Below are positions 18,888 through 28,274 of a stretch of 33,709 nucleotides of DNA, in pieces. This stretch comes from Granulicella sp. (GTDB taxonomy: Bacteria; Acidobacteriota; Terriglobia; Terriglobales; Acidobacteriaceae). A program made the translations under genes and the position numbers. The notes beneath the pieces are model-generated. The model saw only the letters and a list, made by a program, of their open reading frames with translations. It did no database searches and had not been told where the DNA came from. Location: the NCBI GenBank assembly GCA_027339965.1, contig DAHWNL010000069.1:1-33709 (forward strand), read 5' to 3'. Position 1 is the first letter of the stretch; each line of letters begins with the position of its first letter.

Positions 18888-20015
18888 ATGATCAGCCCCG
18901 GCGTGATGCCCGCGATCCCAACGGTTGACCCCAATCCGCTTCCTGCGCCCTACTGGGTCTTGAAGCTTCTGCTCGTGGTCACCTTCTACCTGCATATTCT
19001 GGCCATGAATCTGATGCTGGGCGGCGCGGCTCTGGCGCTGGTGGCTCGGCTCACCTCCAAGGGCAACCCAAAGCGCGGTCGCATCTTTGTGGATGTGGCC
19101 AAGAAGGTTCCCACGTTGCTGGCCGCTACGATCACCCTGGGCATCGCTCCGCTGCTCTTTGTGCAGGTGATCTATGGCCAGTACTTCTACACCTCTACCA
19201 TCCTGATCGCATGGCCATGGTTTCTGGTGCTGGCGTTGCTGGTGGCGGCCTACTACGGCTTCTACTATGTGGCGTACAATGGCAAGCGCCGTCCGGGAGC
19301 CGCGGGCGTGGTGCTATTCGTCAGCCTGGCGCTGGTGATGCTGATCGGCTTCATCTACACCAACAACTTCACCCTGATGCAGACGCCGGGCCGCTGGGCC
19401 GCCAAGTACTTTGCCGCTCCGTCGGGGTGGAACCTGAATTTGGCTGACCCAACGCTGATCCCGCGCTATCTGCACTTCATGACCGCTGCGGTGGCCGTCG
19501 GCGGCCTTCTGCTGGTGCTGCTGGCGCTGGCGCGCTGGAAGCATGACCGGGAGTACGCCGAGTATCTCTTTCAGTTCGGAGGCAAGGCCTTCCAGTACGC
19601 CACCATGACCCAGTTTCTGGTTGGCATCTGGTTCCTGATCAGCCTGCCCCGCAACCTGCGCATGATCTTCATGGGGGACAATCCCGTCGCCACGGCGATG
19701 TTCGGCATCGGCGTGCTGGGTGCCCTGGCGGCCATCTTCCTGATGTCGGAAGCCTTGCGCAAGCAGAACATCCGCATGGCCGCCTTTGGCGTCACCGGCA
19801 TTACAGCGGTGGTCATCCTCTGCATGTCCATCATGCGCGACAGCCTGCGCGATGCTTACCTGAAGCCGTACTTCCACCCCAACCAGTTCGCGGTGAAGAC
19901 CCAGTGGGCCGTCTTCCCTCTCTTCCTGGGAACCTTTGTGGGCGGCATCATCCTGTGGCTGGTGATGCTCAAGCGCTACGGCCTGTTCACCAGCACCCGG
20001 CCAACCGAGGAGTGA
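18888..20015 (+). CDS. Partner polytopic membrane protein, divergent CydA-like (CydA'-type)
   Basis: Starts 1 nt after the upstream stop, GGAGG RBS; many TM helices; LHILAMN, LMQTP, DPTLIPRYLH. Confidence 0.75.
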   Translation: MISPGVMPAIPTVDPNPLPAPYWVLKLLLVVTFYLHILAMNLMLGGAALALVARLTSKGNPKRGRIFVDVAKKVPTLLAATITLGIAPLLFVQVIYGQYFYTSTILIAWPWFLVLALLVAAYYGFYYVAYNGKRRPGAAGVVLFVSLALVMLIGFIYTNNFTLMQTPGRWAAKYFAAPSGWNLNLADPTLIPRYLHFMTAAVAVGGLLLVLLALARWKHDREYAEYLFQFGGKAFQYATMTQFLVGIWFLISLPRNLRMIFMGDNPVATAMFGIGVLGALAAIFLMSEALRKQNIRMAAFGVTGITAVVILCMSIMRDSLRDAYLKPYFHPNQFAVKTQWAVFPLFLGTFVGGIILWLVMLKRYGLFTSTRPTEE

Positions 20016-20084
20016 CGGACGATGGCGAGCCCGCAGACTCCGGCAGCAAGCCGGCGCGGACTTGCCGACAGCCCTGATCCGGCT

Positions 20085-21269
20085 CTACGCAAATCTTCCG
20101 ATGCCAATGCCCACCAGATAGGTGACCACGCCCTCCAGCAGGCCCACCAAGGTCATCTCCAGACCGCTGCTCCACCAGGAGCGGATGGTGATCAGCGACT
20201 TGGCCGCACCCACGGCGAAGTGCGCGGCCAGAGAGACGATAGCCGCCACGATAATCGCCGGCAGCCCGGCCAGGAAGAAGAATGGAATTACGGGGATCAG
20301 CGCTCCAACCGCGGTCGAGAGAGCCCCTGAAACCGCTGAGACCCAGGGCTTGCTCAACCCTTCCTCGCTCATATGCAGCCGCTCCCTGGCCAACGCCTCC
20401 ACCAGCCGTTCCTTCTTCTCCGCGATGTGTCCTACAAAATGGTCCGCATCTTCGGCAGAGAGCCCGCGTACCTGAAAGGTGAGTGAGAGCAACTCCCTGG
20501 CCTCAGCCTCATTGTTCTCCACTGCATCGCGCTCGCGGGCAAACTCGGCCTCATAGATCTCGCGCTCGCTCTTGGCGGCCAGATAAGCCCCTGAGCCCAT
20601 GGAGAGAGCGCTGGCAACCATGCCTGCCAAACCCGCAATCAAGACGAACTTGCTGTTGCCCAGCGTGGCGCCGGAGACGCCGGAGACAATGCCGAAGATC
20701 GCGCCCAGGCCGTCGTTCACCCCATAAATCGCATCTCCAATCCAACTGGCCGCCTTGGGCTGCCCGGCCTCCCGCTGGGCCATCAGATCATCCAGCGCCT
20801 GCTTGGCCTGGCCGGTCTCGAGCGCCTCCGGCGAAAGGTGATGCCGGATCAGCCCGCCCAGGGTAAGGTAATGGTCGGACTCATCGGAGATCACTTCTTT
20901 CAGGATCGCGATGGTCTCCGGATCGCCAAACTCTCGAATCTGCTTTCCGTAGCGGGCGATATCGCGGCTTTCATCCAGTTCCAAGCGGCGCAGGGCCAAG
21001 TCCGGTCCACCGACGCGGGTAGCCAGCGACTCCGCCTCTCCCTTCTCCGGCCCGGTGTACTCGGGAACGGGCGCGCCCAGCGCTTTGAGCCGGCCAGCCC
21101 ACAGTTCCGCGTGGTGCTTCTCCGCCAAGGCCAGGTTGCGCAGCGTCCTACGCCGCTGTGGATCGCTCTCCTGCTCGGCCATCCCGAAGTAGGTATGATA
21201 CCCGTACATCTCCGTCTGCCAGTTGTTGGAGATCGCCTCAATCAATTGCGCTGTTTCCTTGCTGTTCAT
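20085..21269 (-). CDS. Rubrerythrin/ferritin-like + VIT1/CCC1 iron exporter (MbfA-like architecture)
   Basis: N-terminal di-iron motifs EKHH and ESDH; VIT1 motifs IYGVNDGL, ALSMGSGAYLAAKSE, GALIPVIPF; start ATG 21269. Confidence 0.88.
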   Translation of the reverse strand: MNSKETAQLIEAISNNWQTEMYGYHTYFGMAEQESDPQRRRTLRNLALAEKHHAELWAGRLKALGAPVPEYTGPEKGEAESLATRVGGPDLALRRLELDESRDIARYGKQIREFGDPETIAILKEVISDESDHYLTLGGLIRHHLSPEALETGQAKQALDDLMAQREAGQPKAASWIGDAIYGVNDGLGAIFGIVSGVSGATLGNSKFVLIAGLAGMVASALSMGSGAYLAAKSEREIYEAEFARERDAVENNEAEARELLSLTFQVRGLSAEDADHFVGHIAEKKERLVEALARERLHMSEEGLSKPWVSAVSGALSTAVGALIPVIPFFFLAGLPAIIVAAIVSLAAHFAVGAAKSLITIRSWWSSGLEMTLVGLLEGVVTYLVGIGIGRFA

Positions 21270-21557
21270 AAAGACCCCGGAAGGAGTGGACCGCGCTGAA
21301 CCGCTGCCGCCCCTATGTTGTTCTTTGCTTCCATTCTCGCTTAAGGAACTTTGCGGGCGGCCGCCGGCCGCCGCACCCACAGCCTGTCCCGAATATGCTC
21401 CCGGCACGGCCTTGTACTCATCGCCTCGACACTCCCTCCTCTGCTCTTGCGGGCCTCACATTTCCACCGGGACTTGGACGCAGTCAGAATCGAGGCCACG
21501 CCAGAGCTGCCCCCCGCTCGCGCCATTCCTCTTCCAGCCCAAGTAAAATATAAGGCT

Positions 21558-22739
21558 GTGAAGAAGATCGCCGTCCTCGGCTCGACCGGCTCCATTGGCC
21601 GAAGCACTCTAGATATCTGCGCGTCCTACCCCGACCGTTTTCTACCGGTCGCCTTGGCGGCTGGCTCCAATCTCCAGGTTCTCGTCGAACAGTGCCGGCG
21701 CTGGCGCCCGCAGGTGGTTTCCGTTGCCACCGAGTCTCTGGCCGCCCAACTCACCGGACTCCTCGTCCAGGCCGGCGTCACCGGCGTTGAAGTGGTGCAT
21801 GGCAGCGCCGGCGCCGTCCGCGCTGCCACCCTCCCGGAGGTTGATTTCGTCGTGGCCGCCATCGTCGGCGTCGCCGGCCTGGAGGCCACCTACGCCGCCG
21901 TTCTCTCCGGCAAGACCGTGGGCCTGGCCAACAAGGAGTGCCTGGTCGCGGCGGGGGATCTCATCCTGGCCGCCGCCCGCGAACACAATGTGGACCTGCT
22001 TCCCATCGACTCTGAACACAACGCCGTCCACCAGTGCCTCCGCGCCGGAGCCCTGCCCGAGGTAAAGCAGATCTGGCTGACCGCCTCCGGCGGTCCCTTC
22101 CGCAGCACGCCCCTGGAGGAATTCGACCGCATCACCCCGGCCCAGGCCCTCCAGCACCCCACCTGGGTGATGGGCCAGCGCATCACCATCGACTCCGCCA
22201 CCATGCTGAACAAGGGCCTGGAGGTCATCGAGGCCTGCCGCCTCTTCCATCTGCCCCCTTCCCGGGTTAAGGTCAGCGTTCACCCTCAATCCACCATTCA
22301 TTCGCTGGTGGAGTACATCGACGGCAGCATTCTGGCGCAGATCTCGGTGACGGACATGCGTTTACCCATTCTGTATGCCCTGTCCTGGCCGGAACGCGTC
22401 GCCAGCGACCTCAGCTTTGACATGGCCTCGCTGTCCCGGCTGGATTTCCAACCCCCGGATCTCCTCCGCTTTCCATGCCTGCGCCTGGCCTACGAGGCGG
22501 CAGCGGCCTCCCAGAATCACTGCATTGCGCTCAACGCCGCCGATGAGATCGCCGTTAGCGCCTTCCTGCAGGGAGAACTCTCCTTTAGCGGCATCGCGCG
22601 TACAATCGAGCATGTGCTGACACTCACCCCTTCCGGATCCCCGGCCTCGATCGCCGCAGTTCTGGCCGCCGATCTCGCAGCCCGTGAGCAGGCCAGAGAG
22701 GCCGTAGCGGCATCTCATATACTGCCATCCAGAGATTAG
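21558..22739 (+). CDS. dxr: 1-deoxy-D-xylulose 5-phosphate reductoisomerase
   Basis: LGSTGSIG, LANKE, PIDSEHNA, LTASGGPF, HPTWVMG, NKGLEVIEA; GTG start 21558. Confidence 0.97.
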   Translation: MKKIAVLGSTGSIGRSTLDICASYPDRFLPVALAAGSNLQVLVEQCRRWRPQVVSVATESLAAQLTGLLVQAGVTGVEVVHGSAGAVRAATLPEVDFVVAAIVGVAGLEATYAAVLSGKTVGLANKECLVAAGDLILAAAREHNVDLLPIDSEHNAVHQCLRAGALPEVKQIWLTASGGPFRSTPLEEFDRITPAQALQHPTWVMGQRITIDSATMLNKGLEVIEACRLFHLPPSRVKVSVHPQSTIHSLVEYIDGSILAQISVTDMRLPILYALSWPERVASDLSFDMASLSRLDFQPPDLLRFPCLRLAYEAAAASQNHCIALNAADEIAVSAFLQGELSFSGIARTIEHVLTLTPSGSPASIAAVLAADLAAREQAREAVAASHILPSRD

Positions 22740-22791
22740 CTCTGCGGTAGATCTCTCCCGTCTCCCTTGAGGCCGTTCGCTTCCGACACTC

Positions 22792-24189
22792 ATGCATATC
22801 GTTATCGTCGCTCTTGAATTCGCTATTGTCCTGGGCCTGCTGGTTCTTATCCATGAGCTTGGCCACTTCGTGGTCGCCAAGCTCTGCGGCGTCCGCATTG
22901 AGACCTTCTCGATCGGTTTCGGATCCCGCATCGTTGGATTTCGCTATGGAGAAACCGACTACCGGATCTCCCTGATCCCGCTGGGCGGCTACGTCAAGAT
23001 GGCCGGCGAACTGGCCGGAGACGGTTCCGTGCTACACAGCGAGGAGCGGACTCACCAGGATGAAGCGGCCCCGGATACCTCGTCCAACCCCGACGATCTC
23101 ACCTCCAAGCCGCGCTGGCAACGCGTGCTGATCGCCATCGCCGGCCCGGCCTCGAACTTCCTCCTGTCCTTCCTCCTGCTCTTTATCGTGGCCCACTATC
23201 ACCATGAGGTGGATCATTATCTGAACGGACCGGCGACGGTCGACTACGTCCCGCGCGGAACGCAGGCGGCGCGTGATGGTCTGACGGCCGGCGACACCAT
23301 CACCCGCTTCAACCGCATCGTGAATCCCACCTGGGAGGAGATCTACGACGAGTCCGTTCTGAACCTCAATCGCCCACTCCCAATCACCTTTACGCACGAT
23401 GGAGAAAGCCACTCGAGCACCTTCACCGTTCCAGTGCCGCCCAACACCGAGTTTGACGCCGGCGACATGATGGACGAGGGACTGATTCCCGAGATGGATC
23501 CCGGACCGATCCAGGTGCTCACCGTCGCCGCCGACTCTCCCGCATCCCGCGCCGGTCTGGAGCCGGGTGACCAGTTGGTCAGCATCGACAATCTGCACCC
23601 TCACTCGGTCTATGCTCTGCTGGCCTTCCTGAAGGATAACAAGGGCGTCACCGACCGGCTGGGCATTCTGCGAAATGGTCACGCCATGACGCTGCTCGCC
23701 ACACCGGAGAAGATGGCCACGCCCGACGTAGGCGAAGAGTATCGCCTCGGTTTTACCTACCGGCCGCCGCGGGCGGACATCGAGCGCTTGCCCATCGCCG
23801 CGGCCCTCCGCCAGTCTCTGCGGGACAATCGTGACGGATCCATGCTCATCCTCCGCGTGATCAAGGGTCTGTTCACCCGCCACGTCGCGGTGAATCAGAT
23901 GATGGGGCCGGTGGGCATTGCTCAGCAGATTGACATCGCCACCCAGATGGGAATCTGGCCGCTGCTCAACCTGGTCAGCGTCATCTCACTCAATCTGGGG
24001 ATTCTGAACCTTCTGCCCTTTCCTCTGCTGGACGGTGGCATGATCTTCTTTCTCCTTGTGGAGAGCATCATGCGGCGCGACGTTAACCAGCAGTTCAAGG
24101 AGGTCGTCTACCAGGTCGCCTTCGTCTGCATCATTCTGTTTACCTTCCTGGTGCTCTTCAACGACATCAGCAGGCTGCATCTGCGCTGA
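22792..24189 (+). CDS. rseP: RIP metalloprotease with PDZ domains
   Basis: HELGH, FSIGFG, PLGGYVKM, AGP..N, NLLPFPLLDGG; follows dxr. Confidence 0.95.
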   Translation: MHIVIVALEFAIVLGLLVLIHELGHFVVAKLCGVRIETFSIGFGSRIVGFRYGETDYRISLIPLGGYVKMAGELAGDGSVLHSEERTHQDEAAPDTSSNPDDLTSKPRWQRVLIAIAGPASNFLLSFLLLFIVAHYHHEVDHYLNGPATVDYVPRGTQAARDGLTAGDTITRFNRIVNPTWEEIYDESVLNLNRPLPITFTHDGESHSSTFTVPVPPNTEFDAGDMMDEGLIPEMDPGPIQVLTVAADSPASRAGLEPGDQLVSIDNLHPHSVYALLAFLKDNKGVTDRLGILRNGHAMTLLATPEKMATPDVGEEYRLGFTYRPPRADIERLPIAAALRQSLRDNRDGSMLILRVIKGLFTRHVAVNQMMGPVGIAQQIDIATQMGIWPLLNLVSVISLNLGILNLLPFPLLDGGMIFFLLVESIMRRDVNQQFKEVVYQVAFVCIILFTFLVLFNDISRLHLR

Positions 24190-24236
24190 GGATGTTCTCT
24201 TGCAGGCGTAACCGGGCGCCTTGGCGGTAAGATGCT

Positions 24237-25229
24237 TCAGGATCTCGCTTGCAACTCCGCCACAATCTCCCGAGCGGCCGCGCGGGCGGCCTCTTGCTGG
24301 TCTACCGCGAAGCTGATAGCTCCTACGCGCGCGTGTCCGCCGCCTCCGTAGCGCTCGCAGATAGCTGCAATGTTGGCCAGGGCATCGGCAGGTTGGGTGG
24401 TCCAGGGGTTGGTGCCCACGCTCACCTTGGTGCGGAAGCTGGACCTGGATAGCCCCACGTTGTACGTGCCCTCCGGAAACAGGTAGTACGGGATGAACTT
24501 GTTGTATCCCTCGGCAGGCTGGTCGGCGATATCGAAGCAGATCACGCCGCGCCGGCACACGGCGCGGGAGCGAATCAGATTCAAAGACGCGCGATGCTTC
24601 TCCAGAAGCGGCCCCAGCCTACTCTGCACAAAGGGCTGCTCCAGCACCTGCTGGAGCGGCATCTCGGCCAAAAGCGGAATGAATCTCCGGGAGATCGACA
24701 CACCATCCTCATCGGGAGCGCTCTCGATCACCAGGGTGAGCTTCATCGCCGGCTCCGCCATCTCCACCGCGGAGGTAGCACTCTCATACCGGGCTCCGTC
24801 GATGAGATCAGCCCAATAGATCAGCTCTTTGAGCGGCGAGATGTCCATCCCGAAACGAGTGCCGGCAACCTGGGCAATCAGGCTTGTGCAACTGGTGTAG
24901 GCCGGATCGAAGAACTGACGCATCGCTCCTGACCCATCCGCCTGCCCGCGCCGGAACGTCTCTTCATCCTTGACCGTCATGAACGCCGAAAGATGGTGAT
25001 CGAACCACCAGGTCAGAAGCGGCGAGGGCGAGTACTTGAAGTCCACGATCGCATTTTCCCCGTGGGGATCAAACCAGCTCTCCTCAAACAGGAGTCCGGC
25101 ACGGTGCACCAGCCCGCGATAGTCAAACCGCTCCGCCGTTCCGATACACTCCCGGTGGAAGCGCGTGAACAGCGCCGCCGAGCAGGCACCATCAAAACAT
25201 TTATCGTGATAAAAGACCCGACAGATCAA
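24237..25229 (-). CDS. DHH/DHHA1-family phosphoesterase (nanoRNase-like)
   Basis: YHDKCFDG, IVDF, FDHH, GGGHARVG; probable TTG start 25229. Confidence 0.85.
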   Translation of the reverse strand: MICRVFYHDKCFDGACSAALFTRFHRECIGTAERFDYRGLVHRAGLLFEESWFDPHGENAIVDFKYSPSPLLTWWFDHHLSAFMTVKDEETFRRGQADGSGAMRQFFDPAYTSCTSLIAQVAGTRFGMDISPLKELIYWADLIDGARYESATSAVEMAEPAMKLTLVIESAPDEDGVSISRRFIPLLAEMPLQQVLEQPFVQSRLGPLLEKHRASLNLIRSRAVCRRGVICFDIADQPAEGYNKFIPYYLFPEGTYNVGLSRSSFRTKVSVGTNPWTTQPADALANIAAICERYGGGGHARVGAISFAVDQQEAARAAAREIVAELQARS

Positions 25230-25680
25230 TCGTGCGTCCCTTCGTTTTCTTCGGGCCCGTCTCGCATGGCCTGCGGCTCCGGGAATCTCCAGCCACCACG
25301 CTGCAGCCGAAAACCCCACTGACAGCCGAGATATGAAGTCACGCCGGCGGCGCTGCAGCTGCCGGAGTTGGCCGAAAGACGGCGCTTTTGGAAGAACCTG
25401 TTCTGTATGAGCACTGTCCGCCGCCCGAGCGCTTGCAGTCTGTCCCGAAGCCTGGGGGCCTGCAACAGGCTACCGGCCGAAGTGAAAGGAGAACACCACC
25501 GCAAGCCCTCTTTGGAAGATCCATCCACTCGGAAGAGCCGAGCCTCATCCACTCTCCTAAATGGGGCAAGCAGCCATCCCATCTTGCGCAAACTTCCGCT
25601 CGCTGCTTCCGCATAGACCGGGCGCGGCTGCCCGCTGGCTGCATAGACGCGCTGCGGCGGCGCGGCTTGCCCGCTCCAGC

Positions 25681-26667
25681 CTAGTGGAGGGCTGCGGCGC
25701 CGCCGAGTTGCGCCATGGTGGTGCGCAGGTAGTGGTGCGGATTGACCGGAACCCCACGCACCAGAACCTCATAGTGCAGATGCGAACCCGTCGCGCGGCC
25801 ACTATGTCCCACGTAGCCGATGACCTGTCCCCTGAAAACCGACTCTCCCACCATGACGTCATAACCGCTCAGATGCCCGTAAATCGTGACAATTCCATTG
25901 CCGTGGTCAATCTCGATCTCCCGGCCGTAGCCTTCAGCCAAGGAAGCTTTGATCACCCGCCCATCGGCCGGCGCGAGCACTGGCGTTCCATCAACTCCGC
26001 CGATGTCCACGCCCTTATGAAACTCTCCCTCGCCGTTACCCAGAATGGGGTCTTCGCGTTCTCCAAAGCCGCTGGTGATAGGGCCCATGATCGGCCACAT
26101 GTCCGGCACGTTGCCGCCCTCAGCGACATCCTCCATGGAGGCAAAACTACTCAGCTCGCTGCGTACTCCCAGACTCTGATTGAAGGGCTGGAGCGAAAGA
26201 CCCTCACTGGCCGTAGCCTTGAGGGCATAGAACGTGTCCAGTGACTTGTAGTAGCTGGCGTCGTTGAAGCTGGAGTCATCCTTCAAAGGCGCTTTCGCCG
26301 CCTCCAGCGCCGCCGGCCGATGGGAGTGGTACCCGTGGATACGATTCAGCTCTCCCGTCGTGAGCCCATAAATCGCGGAGACCTCAAAGGCCAGGGAGCC
26401 CAGACTGGCCTCCTGCACCTCTTTCTCATGGGTCTTTTTCTCCAGCCCGGCATAGTCCTTGCGAGTCATCGCAAGTTCATCGCGCATGCGGTTGACGGAC
26501 TCCGCTTTCACCAGCATCCGCGTGTAGGATCCCGCCATCCCCGCAATGGAGAACACCCCTACCACCGCCGCCGCAACAAACATGTAAACGTAGCGCATGG
26601 GAATGCCGACGCGATCCACCGCGCCATCCTCCGCCTGCGTCACATAGACCACAAATCGCTTCCGCAA
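25681..26667 (-). CDS. M23-family peptidoglycan endopeptidase, membrane anchored
   Basis: HKGVD (HxxxD), YGHLS, TGSHLHYEV; N-terminal TM plus coiled coil; GGGAG RBS before TTG 26667. Confidence 0.92.
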   Translation of the reverse strand: MRKRFVVYVTQAEDGAVDRVGIPMRYVYMFVAAAVVGVFSIAGMAGSYTRMLVKAESVNRMRDELAMTRKDYAGLEKKTHEKEVQEASLGSLAFEVSAIYGLTTGELNRIHGYHSHRPAALEAAKAPLKDDSSFNDASYYKSLDTFYALKATASEGLSLQPFNQSLGVRSELSSFASMEDVAEGGNVPDMWPIMGPITSGFGEREDPILGNGEGEFHKGVDIGGVDGTPVLAPADGRVIKASLAEGYGREIEIDHGNGIVTIYGHLSGYDVMVGESVFRGQVIGYVGHSGRATGSHLHYEVLVRGVPVNPHHYLRTTMAQLGGAAALH

Positions 26668-27140
26668 AGCCTCTCCCTTATTGAGAACCGGTTCCCTTAC
26701 AAGCAGACGAGGCTTGAGCGTCCGCCCTATCTTCGGCAATCCACTGCACGATCCTCATCAGTGGTTTCGGCGTTCGTCTGTGTCCCAAACCACACTGAGC
26801 CGCACTTCGGGTGGACGCCGGAGATGCGGACCATGGCTGGCCTCTGCACCTGAACCCGACGACCTTCCTATCTTAAGGGGATGAACGCCTGAAGGCAACC
26901 CCGGATTCCGGCCCGTCCATCATTCCGGCCCAGATTCCGGTCCAGATGCGGGGCTCGCGAAGAATTCGAATCCGGTTCGGCGTCTCGACAGGCCACGGAG
27001 GGCGCTACCGCCAGGATCGCCCGCAAGAGCCATGGAAGGCGCCGGGCCCGCGCGTCCGTTGCAGCTGATGATGCCTGCGTCCTCGGCCTGCACATGGCCT
27101 GGCCTGCACATCCCCATGAGGAAGTTGTACTCTGCAATCT

Positions 27141-28274
27141 GTGCCTTACCCTTCCAACCGCCGTGCAGGAAGACCTTCAGGGAAGGTTCTGGGCGAACGA
27201 GAGATTATCGAACGCATCCGGAAACGCCTCGGGAAAACCCTCCGGAAACGCCTCGGGAAATCTGCTGGCCAAAATCCGCCTGCTTCCATCTCCGCGTGGC
27301 GGCAGATCGCCGTCGGCATTGGTGACGATTGCGCCATTCTGAGAAGCCCTTCGGGTCAAGGGGACCAGGAGCTCCTGGTCACCACGGACTTCTGCCTGGA
27401 GGGCCGGCACTTTCGCCGCGACTGGCACAGCGCCGCCTCTGTTGGACACCGCACCCTCGCGCGCGGACTCAGCGACCTGGCCGCAATGGGAGCCAAGCCG
27501 CTGGCCGCCTTCCTCTCGCTCGCGCTGCCGCGCTCGGCGGCCAGGGATCCGCGCTGGCTGGACGGCTTTCTGGACGGCCTGCTCGCGCTCGCCGGCCGCT
27601 TCCAGGTTCCGCTGGCCGGCGGGGACACCTCGGAGTCGCCCTGCGACCAGATTCTGGCCGACATCATCCTGCTCGGCACTGCGCCTGCCGGGCTCGCCCT
27701 GCGCCGTTCCGGCTCCTCCGGCGGAGTTCCTCCTCCGCGCGGCGGACAGGTCCGGCCCGGCGATCGGCTCTACTGCACGGGCGCTCTGGGGGGAGCAGCC
27801 GCGGAGCTGGCGGCGCTGGAGGCTGCGCCAACCCGCTTTCGCCGCGCGCTACCCGACGGAACCCATCCGCACCTGTTTCCCGAACCGCGCCTGGCCGTAG
27901 GGCAGGCTCTGCTGCGCCGGAGGATGGCCACCGCCTGCATTGACGCCAGCGACGGCCTCTCGACCGACCTTGCCCACCTTTGCACCGCCTCCGGCGTGGC
28001 CGCCGAGGTCGATCTGGACCAGCTTCCGATGCATCCCCTGGCGGCCGCGCTCGATCAGCGCGCCCAGATCCAGGCCCTGCTGCACGGCGGCGAAGACTAC
28101 GAACTGCTCTTCACCGCCGCGCCCTCCATCAAGGTTCCACGCTCGATCGCAGGCGTTCCTGTTCATCGCATTGGACGCATGGTTCCGGCACAGAAGAATC
28201 GGCCCCAGATGACCATCTGCATGGGAGAGGAGCGCTTTGAGCTTCAACCCCACGGCTGGGAGCATCTACGATGA
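27141..28274 (+). CDS. thiL: Thiamine-monophosphate kinase
   Basis: GERE.I, GIGDDCA, SDLAAMGA, GGDT, DASDGLSTDL, GGEDYELLF. Confidence 0.95.
   Translation: MPYPSNRRAGRPSGKVLGEREIIERIRKRLGKTLRKRLGKSAGQNPPASISAWRQIAVGIGDDCAILRSPSGQGDQELLVTTDFCLEGRHFRRDWHSAASVGHRTLARGLSDLAAMGAKPLAAFLSLALPRSAARDPRWLDGFLDGLLALAGRFQVPLAGGDTSESPCDQILADIILLGTAPAGLALRRSGSSGGVPPPRGGQVRPGDRLYCTGALGGAAAELAALEAAPTRFRRALPDGTHPHLFPEPRLAVGQALLRRRMATACIDASDGLSTDLAHLCTASGVAAEVDLDQLPMHPLAAALDQRAQIQALLHGGEDYELLFTAAPSIKVPRSIAGVPVHRIGRMVPAQKNRPQMTICMGEERFELQPHGWEHLR
27217..27260 (+). repeat. Perfect 20-bp direct repeat with 24-bp period inside thiL
   Basis: TCCGGAAACGCCTCGGGAAA at 27217-27236 and 27241-27260 (RKRLGK-TL-RKRLGK). 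Confidence 0.9.

Noticed and set aside
20108..20116. TGCCCACCA matching the tRNA 3' end as an attR bracketing the bd-like genes
   Set aside because: Only 9 bp, inside the VIT1 coding sequence, and no integrase; expected by chance in GC-rich DNA.
26740..27140. TPP riboswitch upstream of thiL
   Set aside because: No CUGAGA core or TPP architecture visible, and thiL appears leaderless.
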